This document shows, one piece after another, positions 8,573 through 16,547 of a DNA stretch of 33,227 nt. The DNA comes from an uncultured Eubacteriales bacterium. GTDB lineage: Bacteria; Bacillota; Clostridia; Oscillospirales; Acutalibacteraceae. Each line of letters starts with the position of its first letter. Position 1 is the stretch's first letter. The stretch lies in NCBI GenBank assembly GCA_900321515.1, contig ONWI01000026.1:1-33227 (forward strand), in the 5' to 3' direction. A program made the translations under genes and the position numbers. The notes under the pieces are model-generated. The model ran no database searches. It was not told the DNA's origin and saw only the letters and a list, made by a program, of their open reading frames with translations.

Positions 8573-8712
8573 AGTCAATCTCTGATATTACTGTTAGTAT
8601 AAACGCCTCTCTGTCAACAGATAATGCATATTTTTTATTTTATCCGCAAATAATATCTTATGGATATTTGACATGCTTGATTAAGGCGGGCATATGAAGG
8701 GGTTGGGTAAAT

Positions 8713-9060
8713 ATGATAAAGGGAGTAGGAAGGTACGCAGTTGAGGTTGACAGCGTGGACAGCGAGTTTTTTGAGAGAGTGATATGCTTTGTGCGTCCGC
8801 AGTACGTGTGTGGAAGTGCTCTTGACCTGCACCGCGAGGCGGCGCGCGTGGCAGACGATCTCAGTGCTGAGGTGGAGGATGCTCAGCATGGCACCCGTCA
8901 TGTACTCCGGGTTAATCCCGACCGTCCTCACCGCCAGCAGGAACGCGGCGCCTCGAATGATACGTCCGTTAAGCAGCATAAGCGCAACGGCTGGCTTCCG
9001 CTCCTGCTCTCCGCAGGCGGAGGGGCCGCCGCGGCTATGCTTATTACTGCAATTTTCTGA
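8713..9060 (+). CDS. Hypothetical small protein with a C-terminal hydrophobic anchor (WLPLLLSAGGGAAAAMLITAIF)
   Basis: The ATG lies 11 nt after GAAGGGG (8695-8701), with a possible TTGACA at 8668-8673. This is the only ORF of three overlapping ones in this GC-rich patch that has an RBS. I recognise no family. Confidence 0.45.
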   Translation: MIKGVGRYAVEVDSVDSEFFERVICFVRPQYVCGSALDLHREAARVADDLSAEVEDAQHGTRHVLRVNPDRPHRQQERGASNDTSVKQHKRNGWLPLLLSAGGGAAAAMLITAIF

Positions 9061-9212
9061 TTGTTTTTGAATATAATATGAATTAACGATTAATCCATTG
9101 ACAAAAAAGTCATTTTATGGTATAAATTACTAGCAATTAAGTGACATAAGCAATAAGTTTAGTCACTATTATATATATACTATATTAATGTAGTCAGTGA
9201 GATGATTTTTAA

Positions 9213-10826
9213 TTGAATTCAGGTATAAAGAATATTTTTATCACTCGGCGCAGAACTTTTTTGCTTTTAATCACGATTGCATTTTTGTTTTTTTCGTGGG
9301 CAGGATTTGTTTTTACCCCTATGACCGGAGATATCAAAGTATTTTTGGCAAGCTCTAATCAGTCGAATTATATTAGCAAGGAACTTTTTGTTGGAGCGTT
9401 CAAGGCTTGGGAATTGAAAAGTGTCTTTTCTAGAACCCTGATGTATCTGATTTATAAAATTGCCTGCCTGTTTACTTCCTTTGGAACGCACTCTTTTGAA
9501 GTAACATGTAAATTTGTTTATTCGGTTATCATTCTTGCTTGCTCATATTTGTCAATGTATTTTCTGTTTGGAGCAAATAAGCGAAAGTTGTATTTTTATT
9601 CTCCGGCAACCGCTTCATTATTTTTTGCTGTACACAATACATGTCAGATGCAGGTTGAAATGACTACGGCGATACTTGTTTTATTGGCATATTCGTTATA
9701 TATCAATGCAATAAAAACAGACAAAAAGACTATTGCCAAATTACTTTCTTCCGGAGCTTTAATTGGATCTGTTTTCTTTTTTAAGAGCATATTGCTTGCT
9801 CTTTCGGTATCGGTCGTTGCAGCGGTATCCATTTATTTGATTGAAAAAAAGCAAAATCTTTCAATTAAACGAATGATGATTGTAGCATCCGGAAGTATTA
9901 TCATGCTAATAGTGATATTATTACTTATTATGATAATTAATCCTGGTGAAATTCAGGACATAATAAATGCATCGTATTTTCAAAAATCGGTCTTTGATTA
10001 TAATATCAGCCTGAAGCCGTTCATAAAGATGATTGTGAAGACCTCATGGTCGCGTATTCAATTTATTCCAGTTGTTTTTGCGGGATTTTTCGCACTATTA
10101 TTTAATCTTATTTTCATAATGTTTCATTACGAAAATAAAAAAATACAGGGGATTTTCTTTCATGCAGTAATGTGGATAATGCCGGCGTTGTTTGTTGTAA
10201 TTTCATATAGATTTTTTGTGTACCATTACGCTGCATTTATTTTCCCCGGGTTAGTTGAAATATTTTATGCAGTAAAAAGCTGCAGAGCACTTAAAAAGAA
10301 AGAATGGAAAGTTAATTATGCCGCGATTGGACTAAGTGTCAGTGTTTTGTTTTTTGCTGTTTGGTATGTAGTTTACTATTCTGTTTTGTCCAGTTCTTTT
10401 TCAGTATATTATCGTGAAAATTTACAAACATATGAAATGACCGATAATGCGTTATCTAAGATAAATTTCGATAGAAAAGAGACGGTGTTGTACTTAGATG
10501 ATGGAAAGGGGGCGTATTATTTAGGAAATCCATCGTATATGAAGTATTATTTTCCGCTCCCTCTTCAAAGATTGCCGGAAGATTCCAAGCTATTATGTCA
10601 CACCGAATCTTATGATGCAGTTATGAATTACGACGGTAAATATATATCCCTATATGAAGAGTGGTTCTTCTATGATGACAGATACCAAGAATTAAGAGAA
10701 TATATTTGTAATGAATACGAGCCCGTAGCTTCTTATTGCGCGTTTACACCTCCGTTCTCAATTGATCAGAACCAAGATGGAATTACTCTCACATTTAAGC
10801 TCTTTCAAAAAAAAAATCTACTATAA
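9213..10826 (+). CDS. Polytopic integral membrane protein, GT-C-like (ArnT/PMT/GtrC-type) glycosyltransferase candidate with a C-terminal soluble domain
   Basis: The 537-aa ORF has at least 10 hydrophobic segments, an acidic residue in the first predicted loop (TPMTGDIKVF) and a roughly 130-aa hydrophilic C-terminus. It sits immediately upstream of a GT2 gene. The TTG start and its RBS are weak, so the start is uncertain. GC is about 28-30% in hand-counted lines. Confidence 0.6.
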   Translation: MNSGIKNIFITRRRTFLLLITIAFLFFSWAGFVFTPMTGDIKVFLASSNQSNYISKELFVGAFKAWELKSVFSRTLMYLIYKIACLFTSFGTHSFEVTCKFVYSVIILACSYLSMYFLFGANKRKLYFYSPATASLFFAVHNTCQMQVEMTTAILVLLAYSLYINAIKTDKKTIAKLLSSGALIGSVFFFKSILLALSVSVVAAVSIYLIEKKQNLSIKRMMIVASGSIIMLIVILLLIMIINPGEIQDIINASYFQKSVFDYNISLKPFIKMIVKTSWSRIQFIPVVFAGFFALLFNLIFIMFHYENKKIQGIFFHAVMWIMPALFVVISYRFFVYHYAAFIFPGLVEIFYAVKSCRALKKKEWKVNYAAIGLSVSVLFFAVWYVVYYSVLSSSFSVYYRENLQTYEMTDNALSKINFDRKETVLYLDDGKGAYYLGNPSYMKYYFPLPLQRLPEDSKLLCHTESYDAVMNYDGKYISLYEEWFFYDDRYQELREYICNEYEPVASYCAFTPPFSIDQNQDGITLTFKLFQKKNLL

Positions 10827-10876
10827 ATTGATTTGAGTTTAACTCAATATTACATAATAGAGGATGTTGTTAATCA

Positions 10877-11587
10877 ATGGACACATTACACATAGTAATG
10901 CCGGCTTACAACGAAGAGGCAAATATCAAATCTACACTGGACCAATGGTACCCGATAATTGAGAGGCATAACCAAAGCGGATATTCAAGGCTGGTCGTTG
11001 TTAATGATGGCAGTAAGGATAATACATATCAGATGATGCAGGAATATGCACAGGATCATCCGCTTTTCGTTCCGTTGACAAAAGAAAACGGCGGTCACGG
11101 TTCAACAGTTATTTATGCCTATGATTATGCCATAAAAAACGGTGCCGACTGGATTTTTCAGACCGATTCCGACGGACAGACAAACCCTGATGAATTTGAG
11201 TCGTTCTGGATCGAAAGAAATAATTATGACGGCATTTTCGGCAACAGAACGGTAAGAGGCGACGGTAAATCCAGAGCATTCGTTGAAAAGGTTGTATGTA
11301 GACTGGTCAGACATTACTTCGGAGTCAGAGTTCCGGATGCAAATGCGCCATTCCGTCTGATGCGTTCGGAGGTCGTAAAAAAATATATCGGTAGGTTTAG
11401 TCCTGATTACAATCTTCCTAATATTATGATGACAACCTTTTTTGTGTATTATAAACATAGAACAGCTTTTAAGGAAATCAGCTTTAAGCCACGGGAAAAA
11501 GGTACTAATTCCATCAACATAAAAAAAATAATTAAGATAGGTTGGAACGCTCTTAAGGATTTTCGGAAATTTAAAAAGAATATGTAG
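10877..11587 (+). CDS. Family-2 glycosyltransferase, polyprenyl-phosphate sugar synthase (DPM1/GtrB-like), soluble form
   Basis: The motifs VMPAYNEE, VVVNDGSKDNT and the DxD-type QTDSDGQ are present. There are no C-terminal TM helices. AGAGGA lies upstream of the ATG. Confidence 0.85.
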   Translation: MDTLHIVMPAYNEEANIKSTLDQWYPIIERHNQSGYSRLVVVNDGSKDNTYQMMQEYAQDHPLFVPLTKENGGHGSTVIYAYDYAIKNGADWIFQTDSDGQTNPDEFESFWIERNNYDGIFGNRTVRGDGKSRAFVEKVVCRLVRHYFGVRVPDANAPFRLMRSEVVKKYIGRFSPDYNLPNIMMTTFFVYYKHRTAFKEISFKPREKGTNSINIKKIIKIGWNALKDFRKFKKNM

Positions 11588-11685
11588 TTATTTTGCGCTT
11601 AGCCTCGCTTTTATCATAGCATGTATGGAACAATAGATACTCGCCAATAATTATCTTATTTCAATCGAAAATAAGAAGACATAAT

Positions 11686-11723
11686 AAAAACAGCCATCTG
11701 TAAACTGAGACGGCTGTTTTTTT
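11686..11723. terminator. Bidirectional intrinsic terminator between GT2 (+) and lipoprotein gene 1 (-)
   Basis: AAAAA, then the hairpin CAGCCATCTGTAAACTGAGACGGCTG (11691-11716), then TTTTTTT. An A-tract on one side and a T-tract on the other allow termination in both directions. Confidence 0.8.
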
Positions 11724-11747
11724 GCTTGACAGCTATAAGAAAGAACG

Positions 11748-12659
11748 TTACTCGGACAGCTTGGATGAAGACGCAATTAGATCAAAATCTGTCTTGAGCG
11801 TTTCATCTGCTTTATCCTTTGTAAAAAAGTAGATGTATATCAGTTTGCTGCCATCTGTTCTGGCGTAATGGTATGAGTATAATGTATTTATAACGCACTC
11901 AAAAGATGATGTGCCGTCGGAGGCTTTGTTTATCTGAGTTACCTTTTGTCCGTCAGCAGTTTTATAATTCGCCTGTTCGATTGTCATCTGGCAGAATTCT
12001 TCGGATGAAAAGTCTTTGGGTAAATCATAAATAGCTGCACTTACTTTATATCTGCTGCAAGTGTAAATATTGTTTCCGTTATCAACGGAGTCTCCGTCAA
12101 TCATCAAGGTGATTCCGCCTATTGATACAGTGTTGGTTGCCCGTGTTTCCCTTATCATTTTTACGCTTGAAACTATGGTCTGATATTGTTCCATATATTT
12201 CTTGGAACTTTCCGCTGTGGTGTAAAATTCAAGAAAATAGAATTCGCTGCCCTCTTCAAGTACGAAATCGGTAAAGATGTATTCTTTATCACCGTCTGAA
12301 AGAGTGTACTCCATATAGCTTATGTTGCCGTATTTTTGTATTGCGGTCAGATTTTTCTGTCCTGCGAGTGTTTCGGTAAGCAAATCATCAGATGTTTTTC
12401 CTTTGAGCAATATCCGTTCGGCTTCAAATGAGCGGATATTCATTCCGTAGCCTTTCCACAGATAGCATGTTATGTAGCTGTCTCCCTGTGAGGTTATGGA
12501 TGTGTCCTCTGTCATATCGTCACGGATAATGACTTCTATATTGCCTGCAATGATTTTCTGTGTGTAATTTGCTTTTCTTTCAAAAAGCGAACAGGATGCC
12601 ATGGTGATTATCAGAGCAATTACCACAGACATACATGATATTCTTTTGAGTGTTTTCAA
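11748..12659 (-). CDS. Lipoprotein of unknown function (paralog 1)
   Basis: The TTG start lies 8 nt after GGAGGA. A signal peptide ends in the lipobox-like ITMASC. By eye it is about 35-40% identical along its full length to the 12860-13768 product. Confidence 0.8.
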   Translation of the reverse strand: MKTLKRISCMSVVIALIITMASCSLFERKANYTQKIIAGNIEVIIRDDMTEDTSITSQGDSYITCYLWKGYGMNIRSFEAERILLKGKTSDDLLTETLAGQKNLTAIQKYGNISYMEYTLSDGDKEYIFTDFVLEEGSEFYFLEFYTTAESSKKYMEQYQTIVSSVKMIRETRATNTVSIGGITLMIDGDSVDNGNNIYTCSRYKVSAAIYDLPKDFSSEEFCQMTIEQANYKTADGQKVTQINKASDGTSSFECVINTLYSYHYARTDGSKLIYIYFFTKDKADETLKTDFDLIASSSKLSE

Positions 12660-12692
12660 TTAAACGTTCCTCCATTCGGATAATATATTGAT

Positions 12693-12721
12693 ATTGTAAC
12701 AAACCTTATTTTTTTTGTCAA
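12693..12721 (-). promoter_or_regulatory. Sigma-A promoter for lipoprotein gene 1
   Basis: On the minus strand: TTGACA (12721-12716), a 17-nt spacer, then TACAAT (12698-12693). Confidence 0.6.
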
Positions 12722-12786
12722 GGAATATCAGCGGTTTTTTATTTATCAGAGGTATCCGATATAGCTGTTACGAAACCATTGGACAA

Positions 12787-12824
12787 AAGCCGCACATCCG
12801 GATAATAGTCCTGATGCGCGGCTT
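12787..12824 (-). terminator. Intrinsic terminator after lipoprotein gene 2
   Basis: On the minus strand, AAGCCGCGCATCAGG..loop..CCGGATGTGCGGCTT is followed by TTTG. Confidence 0.6.
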
Positions 12825-12859
12825 AAAATGCGTATTATTATTCGTAATGTTGGAGCTTA

Positions 12860-13768
12860 TTAAGCGTGAGCTTCGTCTGCAATGCTGTTGAATTCGGCTC
12901 CGAGCTGATCGTCGTGGGGAATAATGGTAGAAAGCATGATATAATAGATCGTGCCGTTGACATCTTTGATGTAGTGGCTTGCGTACAATTCCTCAGCCAT
13001 TGCCTCAAAGTAAAGAGTGCCGCCCGGTGTGGTTTTGTACTCTGTCACGCTCTGTCCGTCGGCATTCTTGAATCCGTTTGTAAGCAATACTTTTATGAAT
13101 TTCTCGGGTGATGCGGTGCTCGAACTCATATTGGTATTGTAAACGGTCACGGAATATCTGCTGCATATCCATGTTCCGCTCGTCTGTTGAAATGCGTCGC
13201 CGTCTAATGTCATGGTCAGGCCTTCGATAGTTACCTCGGCAGTTTTGGCAGGTTCTTCGATAATCTGCACACTGCTGATGATTTTTTCATATTCTTCCTG
13301 ATATTTTCCGGCATTTTTCGGAAGGGTATAGAACTCGAAGAAATAATATTCATATCCGACTTCCATGATATAAACGTCAGAAAAGAATTCGGTGCTTGTG
13401 GAGTTATCTGTGTATTCGATGTAGCTGATGTCACCGAATTTCTTGATATCACTTGGATCCTTGCCGGTTTCCGAAACCTTTTTGAGAATGTCGTCACATG
13501 TCTGGCCGGAGAGCTTGAAGCTACTTGTTTCATTGGCGCTTACGTTCCCGATGTTCATGCCGTAGCCGTTCCAGCGGAAGCCCGTGATGTAGTCGTCATC
13601 GTTTTTGATCTCATCCTGTTCTTCCATGTTGTCGCGTACAGTTAACTTGATATTGCCGGCTGTGACCTCTTTGGTGAATTTTGGCTTATTGAGCAAAGAA
13701 CATGATGCCATTGAAAGCAGTAACGCAATAACTGCTGCCAATGTAGTGAGTCGTTGGGCTGATTTCAT
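12860..13768 (-). CDS. Lipoprotein of unknown function (paralog 2)
   Basis: The ATG lies 8 nt after GGAGGA. A signal peptide ends in LSMASC. It is collinear with paralog 1 (shared blocks AGNI, GYGMNI, ISY[MI]EYT, Y[FY]F[LF]EFYT, CSRY, NADGQ). Confidence 0.8.
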   Translation of the reverse strand: MKSAQRLTTLAAVIALLLSMASCSLLNKPKFTKEVTAGNIKLTVRDNMEEQDEIKNDDDYITGFRWNGYGMNIGNVSANETSSFKLSGQTCDDILKKVSETGKDPSDIKKFGDISYIEYTDNSTSTEFFSDVYIMEVGYEYYFFEFYTLPKNAGKYQEEYEKIISSVQIIEEPAKTAEVTIEGLTMTLDGDAFQQTSGTWICSRYSVTVYNTNMSSSTASPEKFIKVLLTNGFKNADGQSVTEYKTTPGGTLYFEAMAEELYASHYIKDVNGTIYYIMLSTIIPHDDQLGAEFNSIADEAHA

Positions 13769-13801
13769 TTGAAAAATCCTCCATTCATTTTTGTTATTTT
13801 A

Positions 13802-13831
13802 ATTATATCATAGCAATTATTTTATTGTCAA
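13802..13831 (-). promoter_or_regulatory. Sigma-A promoter with extended -10 for lipoprotein gene 2
   Basis: On the minus strand: TTGACA (13831-13826), an 18-nt spacer ending in TGA, then TATAAT (13807-13802). Confidence 0.6.
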
Positions 13832-14039
13832 GAATACATCTTATATTTGCAAATATTTTTTCACGATATGTCAGCAAATTTTATACAATATAAACAACCT
13901 CTGAGAAGGTGAATATTTCTCAGGGGAGTAGATAAGTAACTGTGCAGAAAAAATTAATACATTTAGCTCGTCAGAATGCCGAAGGACACTTTATTTTTTT
14001 GGCAATAAACGACTGATTAAATTCTGCACAATTATAAGG

Positions 14040-15260
14040 TCAACTCTGTCTGTAATCAGATAGAAAATCACGCAGACCGTCAGCAGCCTGTCTCAGCTCC
14101 TCGACACAGGGCAGATAAACCACGCGGAAGTGATCGGGCGTTTCCCAGTGGAAGCCGCCTCCGTGGGTGAGGAGTATCTTTTTCTGCTTGAGAAAGTCGA
14201 GAACGAATTTCTCATCGTCATTTATATTGAATCGCTTTGTGTCGATTCTTGGGAAAATATAGAACGCCGCCTTGGGTCTTACAACGCTCATGCCGGGAAT
14301 GGAGTTTATGGCATTGCATATGAATTCGCGCTGTTCGTAGATCCTGCCGCCGGGAACAAGCAATTCTCTGGCTGTATATGCATTTTTGAGCGCGACGGGA
14401 ATGAGCGACTGTGCCGGAACATTCGAGCAGAGTCTCATGGAAGAGAGCAGATTTATGCCCTCGATGTAGCCCTTGACATGGCTTTTTTCGCCGCAGAGTG
14501 ACATCCAGCCGCAGCGGTAACCGGCTATCAGATGGGACTTGGAGAGTCCGTTGAAGGTGACGGAAAATATATCCGGCGCAATGGAGGAGATAGATGTGTG
14601 CTCCAGTCCGTCCATAACCAGTCGGTCGTATATTTCGTCGGAGAATATTATCAGGTCGTTTTCCCTGGCGATCTGAGCAATCTGTTCGAGGAGGTCGCGG
14701 GAATAAAGTGCGCCGGTGGGATTGTTGGGATTGATAATGACTATTCCTTTTGTGCGAGGCGTCACCTTGGAGCGGATGTCATTTATATCCGGGAACCAGT
14801 CGGAGCTTTCATCGCATATGTAATGCACGGCATTACCGCCCGCCAGTGTGACTGAAGCCGTCCATAGAGGATAGTCCGGTGCCGGAACGAGAACTTCGTC
14901 GCCGTTGTCGAGCAAACCCTGCATCGAGAGCGTAATGAGTTCGCTTGCGCCGTTGCCTGTGTAAACGTCGTCAGGAGTTACCCCGGCTATGTGCTTGACA
15001 TTTACGCAGTAATCCGCAATAGCCTGCCGCGCGGCGGGCAGACCCTTGGAGTCGGAATAGCCCTCGGTGGAGGTCAGATTGGACTGCATCTCCGCTATGA
15101 CCTCATCGGGAGCGCGGAAGCCGAACGGAGCGGGATTGCCGATGTTGAGTTTTAATATTTTTTCCCCGTTTGCGATCATGCGGTTGGCTTCATCCATTAC
15201 AGGGCCGCGTATATCATAGCACACATTGTCTAACTTGTGTGATTTTTGAAATATTCTCAT
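14040..15260 (-). CDS. alaA: PLP-dependent class I aminotransferase, AlaA-type (glutamate-pyruvate aminotransferase)
   Basis: The N-terminus (KLDNVCYDIRGPVMDEANRM...ILKLNIGNPAPFGFRAPDEV) closely resembles E. coli AlaA/YfbQ. The PLP-lysine block FNGLSKSHLIAGYRCGW is present. Confidence 0.88.
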   Translation of the reverse strand: MRIFQKSHKLDNVCYDIRGPVMDEANRMIANGEKILKLNIGNPAPFGFRAPDEVIAEMQSNLTSTEGYSDSKGLPAARQAIADYCVNVKHIAGVTPDDVYTGNGASELITLSMQGLLDNGDEVLVPAPDYPLWTASVTLAGGNAVHYICDESSDWFPDINDIRSKVTPRTKGIVIINPNNPTGALYSRDLLEQIAQIARENDLIIFSDEIYDRLVMDGLEHTSISSIAPDIFSVTFNGLSKSHLIAGYRCGWMSLCGEKSHVKGYIEGINLLSSMRLCSNVPAQSLIPVALKNAYTARELLVPGGRIYEQREFICNAINSIPGMSVVRPKAAFYIFPRIDTKRFNINDDEKFVLDFLKQKKILLTHGGGFHWETPDHFRVVYLPCVEELRQAADGLRDFLSDYRQS

Positions 15261-15414
15261 AGCGCATACCTTCTATATTTTTTATAAAAAAGAATAATTA
15301 TTCCCGGATACTTTTTGACTTTGACGCCGGAATGGAGCGCGAGTCTTTCATTTACCGGGGTTTGTCGGCAGAAAGACTCCACTCCGTATGCTGCGTCCGG
15401 TTCACGGCTGAACG

Positions 15415-16542
15415 CTATTCTTCAATCGCCTTGGCAGGTTCGAAGCATTCAAATGTCTTTTTTGCTTCGTTCCAGAGCACATCCTTGCCGGCGGACGCCA
15501 GCATTTTAAGTGAATTGAATATTTCCGCCTGAACATCAGGGTCTATGTTGGCGGCGGCTTTGAGAATTGCGTTGTAGGATACCCATTTGTTTGTGTTAAG
15601 TTCGGTGATGGTCGTGGCTCCTGACGCTTCCAGCGAATCAAATACCGCTGAAATGACCGACTTCTTCTGCTCGTCCTCGAGAGAAGCGAGCCAGCGTTTG
15701 ATTGTCTCGTCCATGAAGGCGCTTACCGGCGAGAGTCTGGTTGCCTCCTCAAAGTGATCGGAGCTTACTCGCCATGTGTAGGTGCCGTGCTGCGTAATGC
15801 CTTTTGCGTTGCTTTTTATGACCTTGGTTTTCGCCTTTCCGGACATCATGATTCCCACAATCGACTGTTCGGGGATGATTTTCAGAGTTCTGTCGAGTAT
15901 TGCGGCATACTGCTCAGACTGAAGAATTGTGTTTTTGAATCCCGGACCGTCGTTAGAATAGATTTCGATGATGCGGCTGTCGCGCAATTTCTCGTTGCAG
16001 AATGCCGCTCCGTATTCCGCGAAGTTGCCGCCCTTGGAATGACCGCCGAGCCTGAGAGGACAGGCGGTGTGTTCACACAGCCTGTTGATATAATCGGCCG
16101 CCTCGTTCTGACCGGGTGTGCCGTTCATGAAGGTGAGGTTGAAATCCTCACGCCAGGCAGCGATATAGTCATCCGTGCCGCTGAATCCGACATAAGCGGT
16201 ACCGTCGCCGAGCATGAAGGTGGCGCAGGAAAACTGCACCTGCTCATCCTGAGAAACGTTGTGACAGTATCCGCCAATCCGCACGCGCTCAAAGCGCTTG
16301 CAGGAGACGATTTTTTTAAGCAGCACCTTTGGATTGTTGACGATATAAGACTGATCGTATCCAAGTTCGAGATAACGTTTGCAGAGTTTTTTCAGCGACA
16401 CATCAAACACAAATTCTTCCGGAACGATGTTGTGCATGTCTAAATATGCAAGCGTTGAAAAGACGAGATTATCCACCTCGTTAAAAGGTCTCTCGGAGAA
16501 AGTCAGATCTCCCCGCATTTCAAGATAGTCAAGAATGTTCAT
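15415..16542 (-). CDS. Mbeg1-like (DUF2974) alpha/beta-hydrolase-fold protein
   Basis: The N-terminus (NILDYLEMRGDLTFSERPFNEVDNLVFSTLAYLD) is typical of the family. A GHSKGG nucleophile elbow is present. The gene starts 5 nt after the nfnB stop. Confidence 0.8.
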   Translation of the reverse strand: MNILDYLEMRGDLTFSERPFNEVDNLVFSTLAYLDMHNIVPEEFVFDVSLKKLCKRYLELGYDQSYIVNNPKVLLKKIVSCKRFERVRIGGYCHNVSQDEQVQFSCATFMLGDGTAYVGFSGTDDYIAAWREDFNLTFMNGTPGQNEAADYINRLCEHTACPLRLGGHSKGGNFAEYGAAFCNEKLRDSRIIEIYSNDGPGFKNTILQSEQYAAILDRTLKIIPEQSIVGIMMSGKAKTKVIKSNAKGITQHGTYTWRVSSDHFEEATRLSPVSAFMDETIKRWLASLEDEQKKSVISAVFDSLEASGATTITELNTNKWVSYNAILKAAANIDPDVQAEIFNSLKMLASAGKDVLWNEAKKTFECFEPAKAIEE

Positions 16543-16547
16543 TTGTT

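Noticed and set aside
8371-8697. 108-aa ORF (and 8332-8514 on the - strand) inside the AT-rich motif region
   Set aside because: There is no RBS upstream of the ATG. The composition is typical of chance ORFs in AT-rich DNA, and part of the apparent peptide (SVENSVETGETLEF) is just the translated DNA repeat array.
8100-8700. The DnaA-box-like cluster as the chromosomal replication origin (oriC)
   Set aside because: No dnaA or dnaN is adjacent. The broad gene orientation is the opposite of what an origin predicts, with mostly + strand genes to the left and a 21-kb run of - strand genes to the right. All boxes are one or more mismatches from TTATCCACA. I kept it as a motif-cluster finding only.
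10808-10817. A10 homopolymer (and a T7 run near 9286) in the GT-C-like gene as phase-variation switches
   Set aside because: The A10 run is only 3 codons from the stop, so slippage would barely change the protein. Homopolymers of this length are expected by chance in DNA of about 28% GC.
13899-14031. Hairpin CCTCTGAGAA/TTCTCAGGGG (13899-13927) and the distant inverted repeat TGTGCAGAA (13941-13949) / TTCTGCACA (14022-14030) downstream of alaA
   Set aside because: The first is probably just the alaA terminator, since T-rich sequence follows it on the minus strand. The second has a 72-nt AT-rich interior with no further pairing I could find. This is too weak to call an RNA element.
15341-15379. 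9-bp inverted repeat GAGTCTTTC / GAAAGACTC between the DUF2974 gene and alaA
   Set aside because: No T-tract follows on either strand and the loop is 21 nt. I cannot distinguish a terminator from chance.
15754-16443. 229-aa ORF antisense to the DUF2974 gene, with similar antisense ORFs in nfnB, nfnA, the beta-helix gene, comEC and the deaminase gene (28348-28995)
   Set aside because: Each is fully embedded in a well-supported gene on the other strand. None has a start context or a recognisable motif.
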